Below are positions 19,170 through 29,860 of a stretch of 64,000 bases of DNA, piece by piece. This DNA comes from Actinomycetota bacterium. GTDB taxonomy: Bacteria > Actinomycetota > Acidimicrobiia > Spongiisociales > UBA11373. Positions within the stretch are counted from its first letter, which is position 1. Each line of letters starts with the position of its first letter. The notes beneath the pieces were generated by a model. The model worked only from the letters and a program-made list of their open reading frames with translations. It was not told where the DNA came from and did not search any database. A program made the position numbers and the translations under genes. The stretch is from NCBI GenBank assembly GCA_020444505.1, contig JAHLKU010000006.1, positions 3,254-67,253 of the forward strand. The letters run 5' to 3'.

Positions 19170-20543
19170 CTAGTGCAGCGACCGCCCGGCCGCGGCGAGC
19201 AATGTCTCCCCCACCGCCTCCGCCAGCGTCGGATGGGCGTGCACGAACGCAGCGGCCTCCGACGGCAGCGCCTCCCAACCGACGGCAAACATCAGTTCGT
19301 GGATCAACTCCCCCGCCGCGGGGCCCACCACCGTGGCACCGAGGATGGGGCCGCCCTTCTGGGCCACCACCTTCACGGTGCCCTCGGCCCGGCCCTGGAT
19401 CATCGCCCTGGCCACGCCCCCGAACCCGTGGGAGTGCACGTCCACCTCGTAGCCCTGCTCCTTCGCCTGCGCTTCGGTGAGCCCCACCGACGCCACCTCG
19501 GGGTCGCTGTAGACGATCAGCGGGATGGCCCGGTAGTCGGGTCCGGCGGACCGCCCGGTGGCGAGGTGCGTGATCGCCGCCATGCCCTCGGCGAAGCCGG
19601 CATGCGCCAGTTGCGGGGTCCCGGCGACGATGTCGCCGACGGCGTAGAGGCCGGGCTCGGCCGTCTGCATGGTGGCGAGGTCCACGCGTACGAACCCCCG
19701 GTCCAGGACGGCCCTCGTCGTGTCCACGCCGATGCCCTCGGCGACGGGAGCGCGGCCCACCGCCACCAGCACCACGTCCACCTCCACGGACCCGCCCGGG
19801 TACGGCACGGTGACCCCGGTCGGCGTCACCTGGGCCGGCTCCACCCCCACCCCGGTGTGGACGTCCACGCCCCGCTTGGTGAGGGCCCGGGTGAGCAGGC
19901 GCGCGGCCTGCGGCTCCAGGCCCGGCACCACCTGGTCCATCATCTCGAACAGGTGCACCGTGGACCCCACGTCGGTCAGCATCGAGGCGAACTCCACTCC
20001 GATGGCCCCGGCGCCGATGATCGCCACCCGCTGCGGCCGCGCCTCCCAGTCGAGGGCGTGGTCGCTGGTGACGATCCGGTAGCCGTCGAGCGGGTATCCG
20101 GGGATGGTGCGGGGCACCGATCCGGTGGCCAGGATCACGTTGCGGGCCTCCACCCGCCGGGTGGTGCCGTCGTGCAGGGAGACGTCCACCGCACCGGGCC
20201 CGGCCAGACGGCCGCTGCCCTCGAGGACGTCCACCTTGCGCTGCTTGAGCAGCCCGCTGAGCCCGCCGTGGAGGCGCTCGACCACCGCGTTCTTGCGGGC
20301 CAGCGCCGCAGGCCAGTCCAGCGCCGGGGCGGAGGCGATCACCCCGAACTCGGCGGCGCCGGCCACCTCGGTGAACACCTCGGCGGTCTGCAGCCACGAC
20401 TTCGCGGGGATGCAGCCCCGGTGCAGGCAGGTGCCGCCGACCAGATCGCGCTCGACGAGGGCGACCTGCAACCCGAAGTTGTGGGCGTACAGGGCGGCGG
20501 CGTACCCGCCGGGCCCCCCGCCGATGATGGCTACGTCGTACAC
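19170..20543 (-). CDS. lpdA: Dihydrolipoyl dehydrogenase (E3)
   Basis: GGGPGGY, GGTCLHRGCIP, GAGAIGVE, HPTLAE; GTG start at 20543. Confidence 0.95.
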   Translation of the reverse strand: MYDVAIIGGGPGGYAAALYAHNFGLQVALVERDLVGGTCLHRGCIPAKSWLQTAEVFTEVAGAAEFGVIASAPALDWPAALARKNAVVERLHGGLSGLLKQRKVDVLEGSGRLAGPGAVDVSLHDGTTRRVEARNVILATGSVPRTIPGYPLDGYRIVTSDHALDWEARPQRVAIIGAGAIGVEFASMLTDVGSTVHLFEMMDQVVPGLEPQAARLLTRALTKRGVDVHTGVGVEPAQVTPTGVTVPYPGGSVEVDVVLVAVGRAPVAEGIGVDTTRAVLDRGFVRVDLATMQTAEPGLYAVGDIVAGTPQLAHAGFAEGMAAITHLATGRSAGPDYRAIPLIVYSDPEVASVGLTEAQAKEQGYEVDVHSHGFGGVARAMIQGRAEGTVKVVAQKGGPILGATVVGPAAGELIHELMFAVGWEALPSEAAAFVHAHPTLAEAVGETLLAAAGRSLH

Positions 20544-20624
20544 GGTGGCTCCCGGATTCGGCTCAACCCGGCAGCGTAGCGGGAGCCTCCCGCCAGCCAC
20601 CGGGGCGGGGGTACGCTGGCGCCC

Positions 20625-20714
20625 GTGCAGACCCGCTATCTCCTCATCGCCTCGGTGGTGACCCTGTTCGCCATCCTCGCCGCTTCGGCGGTGTGGTTCC
20701 TCATGGCGGGTTGA
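20625..20714 (+). CDS. Small 29-aa single-TM protein (not in ORF track)
   Basis: MQTRYLLIASVVTLFAILAASAVWFLMAG; TACGCT -10-like hexamer 7 nt before the GTG; ends 4 nt before the next gene. Confidence 0.6.
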   Translation: MQTRYLLIASVVTLFAILAASAVWFLMAG

Positions 20715-20718
20715 GAGG

Positions 20719-21351
20719 TTGCCGCAGACGACGATCACCACCGGCACCGGCCTCGACCTCGAGGCCGCCTGGGACCTGCCCGATCACGACCCGGCCGTGG
20801 TGGTGGTGCTGTGCCATCCCCATCCCCTCATGGGCGGGACGATGGACGCCCCGCTGCTGCGGGGCGTCTCCAGGGTCCTGGTCGCAGCCGGCATCGCCGT
20901 GCTGCGATTCAACTTCCGGGGCGTGGGGCGCAGCGAGGGCGGCTGGGGCGGGGGGACCGGGGAGATCGAGGACGTCGCCACCGCCGTGGCCGCCGCCGAG
21001 GCGGCCCGCCCCGCCGCCGCCCACGGGATCGCCGGGTGGTCGTTCGGCGCCCACACCGCCCTCCGATGGCAGGCCAGGGCCGACGACGCCCGCCCCTACG
21101 CAGGCATCGCCCCGCCGGTCAGCCTCACCGGTTCGATAGCGCTGCCGGCGCCGCAAGCGCTGCCGCCCGCCGATCGGCTCTTCGTGATCGGCGATCGCGA
21201 CCAGTTCACGGCCGCCGCCGACCTGCAGGCGTACGCCGACGCCGCCGGGGCGCGGTGCGAGGTGCTGGCCGGCTCCGACCACTTCTTCGCGTTCCGGGAG
21301 CGCCAGGTGGGCGATCTCCTCGCCGCTCACTTCGCCCCCGACGCCCCCTGA
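20719..21351 (+). CDS. Alpha/beta hydrolase
   Basis: CHPHPLMGGTMD, RFNFRGVGRSEG, GWSFG nucleophile elbow, DHFF. Confidence 0.9.
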   Translation: MPQTTITTGTGLDLEAAWDLPDHDPAVVVVLCHPHPLMGGTMDAPLLRGVSRVLVAAGIAVLRFNFRGVGRSEGGWGGGTGEIEDVATAVAAAEAARPAAAHGIAGWSFGAHTALRWQARADDARPYAGIAPPVSLTGSIALPAPQALPPADRLFVIGDRDQFTAAADLQAYADAAGARCEVLAGSDHFFAFRERQVGDLLAAHFAPDAP

Positions 21352-21360
21352 GGCGCCGCC

Positions 21361-22188
21361 TCAGCCGCCCAGTCCGAACACCCGGGCCGCCGTGCCGGTG
21401 CGCACCGCGGCGTCGGCCTCGGCAGACGGGCCTAGCGCCGCCCATCCCTCGAGCCACGAGTCGGGATCGCCGAACGGGTGCCCAGAGCCGATCATCGTCT
21501 TGTGCGCCAGGGGGCCGGCCACGGCCTCCTGCACCACGACGCCGGCCCGGTCGGGGCGCCGTCCTGGGGCGAGGAAGACGTTGGGCTTGTGGGCGGCGAC
21601 CATCACGGCCTGCTCCTCCCACGGCGGCGAGACACCGGCCAGCACGATCGTGAGCCCCGGATGGGTGGCGGCGACCCGGTCCATCCGCATCGGGTCGGCG
21701 ACGTCGAGGGCGATGCCTGCGCCCCCGGGGCGGCCGGCGCCCATCGCGGTCGCCCCGCAATGAACCACCACGGGAAGGCCGAGGTCCTCCGCCATCCCCC
21801 ACACCGCATCTGCCCGGCGCCCCGCCGGGTCGAATCGCTGGGCGGCGGGGTGGAAGAAGAGGCCGCGCAGGCCCATGCGGTGGACGTCGTGCACCGCCAC
21901 CACGGCCGCTGCGCCGCGCTGGGGGTCCACGCACCCGAGGCCGGCGAGCGCACCGGCGTGGGGTTCCACCGCCGCCGCCAGCACTGCGTCGTCCAGCGCC
22001 GCCGAGCCGAGGACCGATGCGGCGTCGAAGGCATGCACCAGGCCGACGGCGTCACGTTGCCGGTAGTAGGCGGCGAGAGCGGCGAAGTCGGCGGGGCCGT
22101 CCGGCGGGGGGTCCAGGTAGGGGCGGTAGCCGTCGGCCACGAGCACCGTGGCCGGAGGGTGCACCAGGACGTCGACGAAGCTGCTCAC
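21361..22188 (-). CDS. Amidohydrolase_2-fold protein with degenerate metal ligands
   Basis: Recognisable layout (FHPAAQRF, VVVHCG, DPMRMDRVAATHPGLTIVLA, HKPNVFL) but VDVLVH, LAGV and GSGHP replace canonical motifs. Confidence 0.75.
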   Translation of the reverse strand: MSSFVDVLVHPPATVLVADGYRPYLDPPPDGPADFAALAAYYRQRDAVGLVHAFDAASVLGSAALDDAVLAAAVEPHAGALAGLGCVDPQRGAAAVVAVHDVHRMGLRGLFFHPAAQRFDPAGRRADAVWGMAEDLGLPVVVHCGATAMGAGRPGGAGIALDVADPMRMDRVAATHPGLTIVLAGVSPPWEEQAVMVAAHKPNVFLAPGRRPDRAGVVVQEAVAGPLAHKTMIGSGHPFGDPDSWLEGWAALGPSAEADAAVRTGTAARVFGLGG

Positions 22189-22388
22189 CGGGGCGTGAAG
22201 CCCCGGTTCCTCGCCTCCGCCAGCGTGTCGGGGCTCACCGCCGACAGCAGCGTGCGCCGCACCAGGTCCTCGTTCGCCACCCGCTGCTCCAGTTCGGCGA
22301 ACTGGGCCTCGTCGTCGCAGTCGTACACGGTCATGCGGTCCCGCACGCCGATGAAGCGCTTGTCGGGGAACCTTCGCAGTCGGCCCAT
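22185..22388 (-). CDS. Small hypothetical protein (67 aa)
   Basis: RBS AGGAGGT; PDTLAEARNRGF C-terminus; stop overlaps next start. Confidence 0.75.
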   Translation of the reverse strand: MGRLRRFPDKRFIGVRDRMTVYDCDDEAQFAELEQRVANEDLVRRTLLSAVSPDTLAEARNRGFTPR

Positions 22389-22407
22389 GGCACCTCCTGG
22401 CCCGACC

Positions 22408-22878
22408 CTACCCGCTCGAAGGTGGGGCGAAGCGCCGCACGGTGACGAGCGACGTCACCATCCCGGCGTCGCCCGAGACCTCGATGGTGCCCTCCAGGTT
22501 GAGCCGGTTGAAGGCGATCAGCCAGCCGTCGCCGGAGGCCGCCGACGTCTCCACCACGTACCCGGCGCTGACCAGGCCCACCGTGTGGGCGCTGACGGCG
22601 TCGACCACCGTCCCTGCCGTCACCACCTTCAGCGTGATCTCGCCGGTCTCCGGGTCGAAGCTGGGGTCTCCGACGCCGGCGCCGACCGGGATCGGGAAGT
22701 CGTCCGGCAGCTCCTCGGGGATCGCCCCACCGGTGCCGCCGTCGTCGTCGATCGCCGTCCGGTCCAGGATGAGGAAGCCGGCCCACACCACGAGGCCTGC
22801 GGCGACCACCACGAGCGCGGCGGTGACCACCCAGTTGCCCCGCAGCCGCCTCCCCCGCCCGAACAGGCTCCGCCTCAC
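22408..22878 (-). CDS. Membrane-anchored hypothetical protein
   Basis: GTG at 22878 overlaps upstream TGA; N-terminal TM helix, then ELPDDFPIPVGA extracytoplasmic domain. Confidence 0.7.
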   Translation of the reverse strand: MRRSLFGRGRRLRGNWVVTAALVVVAAGLVVWAGFLILDRTAIDDDGGTGGAIPEELPDDFPIPVGAGVGDPSFDPETGEITLKVVTAGTVVDAVSAHTVGLVSAGYVVETSAASGDGWLIAFNRLNLEGTIEVSGDAGMVTSLVTVRRFAPPSSG

Positions 22879-23052
22879 TGCAGGCCTCCCCGGCGGGCTG
22901 CCGCCCGATGGGGCAGGGACGGCACCGGCTCGCCGACGGCGAGCACCACTGCGGGGCGCTCCCCCGGCAGGAACCGGTGCAGCGGCACCTCGCCGGGCGC
23001 CACCGACAGCCACCCCGACAGCACCGACCGCTGCAGCGCCCGGCGCAACGGC

Positions 23053-23072
<20 letters not shown>
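22875..23072 (-). CDS. Possible small hypothetical protein (65 aa)
   Basis: Fills the gap between the mutase and the next gene; GTGA stop/start coupling at 22875-22878; overlaps the mutase 3' end by 20 nt. Confidence 0.35.
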
Positions 23073-24689
<1,617 letters not shown>

Positions 24690-24693
<4 letters not shown>

Positions 24694-24971
24694 GGTGTGG
24701 GCTCCTCCCGCTCGATCTCCACGTCGGCACCGCACATGGGGCACGGCGCCACCGCCACGTCGCCCACGATGAACCGGAACCCGCATGCACCGCACTCCGC
24801 CCGCGGCGACGGGGTGGCCGGCTCGGGTGGGGCGGGCGGCGGAGCCACGAACCCGGGGTCGTCGGCGGGGGCCCGGCGGACCTCGTTGGCTGCCCCGCAC
24901 GCCGGACAGGCGAAGCGTCCCTCCCCCGGTGCCTGGAACTGCGTCTGGCAACGGCCGCAGCGGACGATCAC
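24690..24971 (-). CDS. Double zinc-ribbon protein (93 aa)
   Basis: CGRC..CPAC, Pro-rich linker, CGAC..CPMC; translationally coupled to both neighbours. Confidence 0.8.
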
Positions 24972-25384
24972 GGCGCCTCCTCCTCGACGATCTCTCCGAC
25001 GGCGCCGATCGACACCAGGTAGGCGGCCTCCAGATCCAGCACCAGGCGGAGGTCGCCGTCGTCGTAGCGGCGACCCTCGGCCGCCGCCTGCTCGGCGACG
25101 TACGCGGCCGCCGCCGGCCCGCCGATCACCGCGATGCCCTCGGCGGAGCGGGGCACCACCACCTGGCTGTGGTAGCGAGACCACTCCAGGATGCGGCGCA
25201 CGTCGCCGGCGTCGAGTCGTGCCGCCGCGTCGGCCGGGAGGCCGCCGTGGACGAACTCGATGGCCTGCGGGACCAGGTAGGTGGCGCGCTCGGGGCCGCC
25301 CACCCTCCCCGACTGCCACACCAGGACGGCGACGGCGAGCAGCAGGACGGCGAACAGGATCGCACCGGCGGCAACGGCACCCAT
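24968..25384 (-). CDS. Membrane-anchored hypothetical protein
   Basis: N-terminal TM helix; [10 protein letters not shown]-terminus; TACGAT 7 nt before ATG 25384 (ORF track start 25393). Confidence 0.7.
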   Translation of the reverse strand: MGAVAAGAILFAVLLLAVAVLVWQSGRVGGPERATYLVPQAIEFVHGGLPADAAARLDAGDVRRILEWSRYHSQVVVPRSAEGIAVIGGPAAAAYVAEQAAAEGRRYDDGDLRLVLDLEAAYLVSIGAVGEIVEEEAP

Positions 25385-25409
25385 GGGCGCCATCGTACCG
25401 GGGGCGGGC

Positions 25410-25586
25410 TCAGAGGTCCCTGGCCGGGAGCGGGATCGGCCGTACGAGCCGCCATCGGACGGGGGTGGCGCCGCTCATCGCACACAGCGGTGCGGGCTCG
25501 CCGGGCCGGAGCAGGAGGCGGTGGCCGTGCTCGTCCACGTACCACCCCGACGTCACCGCCGGCTGGCCGCTGAACAGGATCGGCAT
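25410..25586 (-). CDS. Small protein (58 aa), YjzC-like
   Basis: RBS GAGGAGG; GQPAVTSGWY...PGEPAPLC...WRLV pattern. Confidence 0.6.
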   Translation of the reverse strand: MPILFSGQPAVTSGWYVDEHGHRLLLRPGEPAPLCAMSGATPVRWRLVRPIPLPARDL

Positions 25587-25688
25587 GTCCACCTCCTCGC
25601 CGCGGTATCGGCGCCGCGCGGCCGCCCTTGAGCGTGCACAATCGGCGGCGAAGGCCCATAATCCCACGTCGCCGCATCGAGGGGGACC

Positions 25689-26243
25689 ATGTTCATCGAC
25701 GCACTCACCACCTTCTTCGCGCTGAGCGCCGTCGTGATCCTCGCCCTGTTCGGCCTGTGGGCGATCGTCTGGGCAGCGGCGCGGCGCTCGCCGGCGGCGG
25801 CCCGCCTCCGGGAGGCGATCGTGGATTCGCTGGGGCCGGCCGCCCCGTGGCTCGCCTGGGGGATGGCGCTGGTGGCCATGGCCGGCAGCCTCACCTACTC
25901 CGAGGTGGCCCACTACGCCCCCTGCGAGTTCTGCTGGTACCAGCGCATCGCCATGTACCCCCTGGCGCTCACCCTCGGCATCGCTGCGGTGCGCCGGGAC
26001 CGCGGGCACTGGCGGTACTCCCTGCCGGTGGTGGCGATCGGGGCGGCCCTCTCCACCTACCACTACCTGATGCAGCAGTTCCCCGACCTCTCTGCCGGGT
26101 CGTGCAGCGCCGCGACCCCGTGCACCGCCGCCTGGGTGTGGGAGTTCGGGTTCGTCTCGATCCCCCTCATGGCGCTGGCCTGCTTCGCCGCCATCGCGGC
26201 GCTGGTGACGATCGGCCGGGCCCATGCCGCCGGTACTGCCTGA
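25689..26243 (+). CDS. dsbB: Disulfide bond formation protein DsbB/BdbC
   Basis: PCEFCWYQRIAMYP, second Cys pair, FVSIPLMA; several TM helices. Confidence 0.9.
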   Translation: MFIDALTTFFALSAVVILALFGLWAIVWAAARRSPAAARLREAIVDSLGPAAPWLAWGMALVAMAGSLTYSEVAHYAPCEFCWYQRIAMYPLALTLGIAAVRRDRGHWRYSLPVVAIGAALSTYHYLMQQFPDLSAGSCSAATPCTAAWVWEFGFVSIPLMALACFAAIAALVTIGRAHAAGTA

Positions 26244-26289
26244 CCGCCTCTAATCTCTGCGCACTCGCCCGCCGGACGACAGGACTCAG

Positions 26290-26940
26290 ATGGCCTCCAC
26301 CAACCGCAACGCCACCGACGCCCAGGGCTCGAAGCGCCGCTCCTTCCCGCTGGGGTGGGTCCTCGGCGGCGTCTTCACGGTGCTCCTGATCATCACCGTG
26401 TTCCTCACCCTCGGCGACGAAGGCACCGCCGCCGCGGACGAGTACGGCACCCCGTCGGTCACCGGCGCCGCGCTCCCCACGCTGGTCGACACGCTGGAGG
26501 ACCCGGCGGTGGGTTCGGTCCCGCCGGAGGCCGCCGGCGCCGACTTCGACGGCACCGACGTCGCCATCACCGACGACGGGCGGCCCAAGATGATCGTCTT
26601 CCTGGCCCACTGGTGCCCGCACTGCCAGAACGAGATGCCGGAGGTGTCCGCCTGGGTGGCCGCAGGCGGCCTGCCGGACACCGTCGATCTCTACGCCGTC
26701 GCCACCTCCATCGACCCGTCCCGGGACAACTACCCGCCGTCGGCGTGGTTCGAGCGCGAGTCCCTGGACGTGCCCACGATCGTGGACGACGCCCGCAACA
26801 CCATCGGCAACGCCTTCGGCCTCAACGCCTACCCGTTCTGGGTGTTCGTCCAGGACGACGGCACCATCGCCGCCAGGATCTCCGGGGTCCTCAGCCAGGA
26901 CGACCTCACCCAGATCGCCACCAGCCTCGCCGACCAATGA
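26290..26940 (+). CDS. Membrane-anchored TlpA/ResA-like thioredoxin
   Basis: TM anchor; FLAHWCPHC; AYPFWVFV cis-Pro loop. Confidence 0.88.
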   Translation: MASTNRNATDAQGSKRRSFPLGWVLGGVFTVLLIITVFLTLGDEGTAAADEYGTPSVTGAALPTLVDTLEDPAVGSVPPEAAGADFDGTDVAITDDGRPKMIVFLAHWCPHCQNEMPEVSAWVAAGGLPDTVDLYAVATSIDPSRDNYPPSAWFERESLDVPTIVDDARNTIGNAFGLNAYPFWVFVQDDGTIAARISGVLSQDDLTQIATSLADQ

Positions 26941-27758
26941 CCGACCGGCACCGCACCCTCGGCCACGGCACCGGAGGCGGCCCCTCGCCCGAGGGAGCGG
27001 ACGCCGGTGACGGCGCCGCAGCCCCCGAAGGCGCGACGGCGACCCGCCCCGTCCGGGCGCCCCGGTGGGTGCCGGCGGCCATCGCCGGCGCCCTGGTGGT
27101 GGGCGCCGCGCTGGGCGCCACCGTCACCCTGCTGGTGACCGGTGACGACGCCCCCGATGCCCAGGGAGCCGCAGCCGCGGCGGCGGGACCCGGGGACGGC
27201 ACGGCATCCACGATCACGCTCCCCCAGACCGGCGTCGACGACCCCGACGCCTACGGGACGGTGGAGGTGACCGGGGCGGTGCTGCCCCGCTACGGCAGCG
27301 CCACCGACCTCGCCGTCGGCATGGCCGCCCCCGAGGTGCAGGGCGCCGACTTCGACGGCAACGACGTGGCGATCACCGCCGACGGCCGGGCCAAGCTCAT
27401 CGTGTTCCTGGCCCACTGGTGCCCCTACTGCGGCCAGGAGGCACCGGTGATCCGGGAGTGGTACGCCGCCACCGAACTGCCCGACGGCGTGGACGTGTAC
27501 ACCGTCGACACTCTCACCGACTTCACCCGGTCCAACTACCCGCCCCGCGCCTGGTACGAGCAGCAGTCCTGGAACGTCCCGCTGCTGGTGGACGACCACC
27601 TCGACACCGTCGCCGAGGCCTTCGGGCTGAACGCCGTGCCGTTCTGGGTGCTGGTGAACGCCGACGGCACCATCGCCGGGCGCTACGCAGGCGGCGGCGT
27701 GCCCGCCGACACGCTGACCGAGATCGTCACCCAGTTGGCGGGCGGCGCCACGCCCTGA
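26937..27758 (+). CDS. Second membrane-anchored TlpA-like thioredoxin (paralogue)
   Basis: ATGA overlap with previous stop; FLAHWCPYC; AVPFWVLV. Confidence 0.88.
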   Translation: MTDRHRTLGHGTGGGPSPEGADAGDGAAAPEGATATRPVRAPRWVPAAIAGALVVGAALGATVTLLVTGDDAPDAQGAAAAAAGPGDGTASTITLPQTGVDDPDAYGTVEVTGAVLPRYGSATDLAVGMAAPEVQGADFDGNDVAITADGRAKLIVFLAHWCPYCGQEAPVIREWYAATELPDGVDVYTVDTLTDFTRSNYPPRAWYEQQSWNVPLLVDDHLDTVAEAFGLNAVPFWVLVNADGTIAGRYAGGGVPADTLTEIVTQLAGGATP

Positions 27759-27811
27759 CCGGGCTGCCGCCGCCCTGCCAGAGTGAGGGGACCCGAGCCG
27801 CGAGGAGCGCC

Positions 27812-28744
27812 ATGGAATTCGGCCTCATGACCGAGCCCCAACTGGGCATGACGTACGCCCAACTGGCCGACACGGCGCGGTTCGCCGAGGAGATCGGGCT
27901 GGACGTGTTCGCCCGGTCCGACCACTTCGCCTTCCCCCGCTTCGATGCGCCGCACGCCACCGAGGCCTTCGCCACCCTCGCCGGCCTCGCCCGGGAGACG
28001 AGCCGCATCCAGTTGTGCGTGCTGGTGTCGCCCATCACCTTCCGCCACCCCGGGCTCATCGCCAAGACGGCCGCCACCATCGACGAGATGTCGGGCGGAC
28101 GGCTGCTGCTCGGCATCGGGACCGGGTGGATGCCCGAGGAGCACGACCTGCTGGGCATGGAGTTCCCCGACACCGGAGAGCGATTCGACCGCATGGAGGA
28201 GGCCCTCGCCTACCTGCGGGCGGCGTTCGACCCCGACGGCCCCGGCTTCACCGGCGAGCACTACACCCTGGCCCCGGCGCCGCTGCGGCCGTCCCCCACC
28301 GGCATCGGCATCGTGGTGGGCGGCAAGGGGCCCCGCAGGACGCCCCGGCTGGCCGGCACCTACGCCGACGAGTTCAACGTGTTCTCCAGCCCGCTGGACG
28401 AGATGGCCGGGCGCATCGCCGCGGCCAGGGCGGCGGCCGCCGCCGCCGGCAGGGACCCGGCGGCGTTGAAGGTCAGCATGATGTGCCAGGCCGTCGCCGG
28501 GACCGACCAGGCCTCCTACCGCTCGAACCTGGAGCAGATCGCCGGCGCCGACCCGTTCGGCAGGAGCGCGGACGAGGTGGCGGCGGCCCTGGCCGCACGG
28601 GGGCTGCCGGTGGGCACCGGCCCCGAGGCGCGCGAGGCCGTGGCGAGGCTCGCCGAAGCCGGCGTGGACCGCCTCTACGTCCAGCACTTCGGCCCGTGGG
28701 GCCACGGCCTCCTGGAGGACGTGTTCGCCGCCGTGCGGGGTTGA
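27812..28744 (+). CDS. LLM-class (probably F420-dependent) oxidoreductase
   Basis: RSDHF, LVSPITFRHP, DEMSGGRLLLGIGTGW, VGGKG, ADEFN. Confidence 0.88.
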   Translation: MEFGLMTEPQLGMTYAQLADTARFAEEIGLDVFARSDHFAFPRFDAPHATEAFATLAGLARETSRIQLCVLVSPITFRHPGLIAKTAATIDEMSGGRLLLGIGTGWMPEEHDLLGMEFPDTGERFDRMEEALAYLRAAFDPDGPGFTGEHYTLAPAPLRPSPTGIGIVVGGKGPRRTPRLAGTYADEFNVFSSPLDEMAGRIAAARAAAAAAGRDPAALKVSMMCQAVAGTDQASYRSNLEQIAGADPFGRSADEVAAALAARGLPVGTGPEAREAVARLAEAGVDRLYVQHFGPWGHGLLEDVFAAVRG

Positions 28745-28828
28745 GACCGCGCGACGCGGCCCCGACGCCGACACGCCCCCTGCACCCGGTGGAGTAGGTT
28801 CGGGGACATCCGCCGCCCGGGAGCCACC

Positions 28829-29815
28829 ATGGGACGCCGCATCGCCGCATTGCTCGCCGTGACGCTCCTCGCCGCCGCCTGCGGCACCGACGCGTCGGGG
28901 ACCGGGGAGCCCGGCACCGTCCTGCTCCGCTACGGGTACCAGCCGGGCGACGTGATCGCCTACGACCTCCGCCAGGAGGTGCAGGTGACGATCGGGGACC
29001 AGGGGCACACCACCACCTCCGCCCTGCAGACCGACGGCACCGCCACGTACACCTTCTCCGAGGGCCCCGTGCCCGACACCGTGGAGATGTCACTGGCCGG
29101 CGGCCTCACCGTGGTGTCCGCCACGGTCGGCATCGACGACGGGGAGCCCGTGGACGCTCCCGCAGGGACCGTGATGGACCTGGACCTCACGGTGGTCGTC
29201 GACCCCAGGGGCCGGGTCGTCTCCGGCACCGTCGGCGAGTACGACCTCCCGCCGGGGCTGGCCGAGCTCTTCAGCGGTGCCGCAGGCTCGGGCGGCCAGA
29301 TGTTCGGACCGGTGCTGCCCGAGGAGCCGGTCGCGGTGGGCTCCACCTGGACCACGACCCAGCGGGCCCAGGGCCTGGGGATGGACTTCACCACCACGAT
29401 CGAAGGCGTCGTGGCCGCCGAGGAGACCATCGACGGCAGGGCCGTGATCCGCGTCGAGACCACGACGTCGATGCCAGCCGTCGAGGTGGACGTGATCGAG
29501 ATGGCCGCCCAACTGGCGGCCGACCCCGAGGCCTACAGCCGGTTCTTCGGGGAGGGCTTCACCGCCGAGGACATCCGGGCCGCCGCCGCCGGCCTGGCCA
29601 TGCTCGAGGCCGCCGGCGCCGAGCTGACCTACGTCATCGAGGAGTCGACGACCACGACGACCGCGTGGATGGACCCTGCCACCGGCGACGTGGTGCGCAT
29701 GGAGGTGTCGATGCTGGTGGTCGCCGTCATGGAGGGACGCGGCGTCCCCGGCGAGGACGACTCGACGATGGACTGGGAGATGCGCAACCACCAGGTGTAC
29801 ACCCTGGCCGGCTGA
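28829..29815 (+). CDS. Lipoprotein of unknown function
   Basis: Signal peptide with lipobox LAAAC; LPEEPVAVGSTW beta-rich body. Confidence 0.75.
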   Translation: MGRRIAALLAVTLLAAACGTDASGTGEPGTVLLRYGYQPGDVIAYDLRQEVQVTIGDQGHTTTSALQTDGTATYTFSEGPVPDTVEMSLAGGLTVVSATVGIDDGEPVDAPAGTVMDLDLTVVVDPRGRVVSGTVGEYDLPPGLAELFSGAAGSGGQMFGPVLPEEPVAVGSTWTTTQRAQGLGMDFTTTIEGVVAAEETIDGRAVIRVETTTSMPAVEVDVIEMAAQLAADPEAYSRFFGEGFTAEDIRAAAAGLAMLEAAGAELTYVIEESTTTTTAWMDPATGDVVRMEVSMLVVAVMEGRGVPGEDDSTMDWEMRNHQVYTLAG

Positions 29816-29860
29816 GGAACCCGTTCCGGTATCGGGGGCTGCGCCGATATGCTGGCGGCC

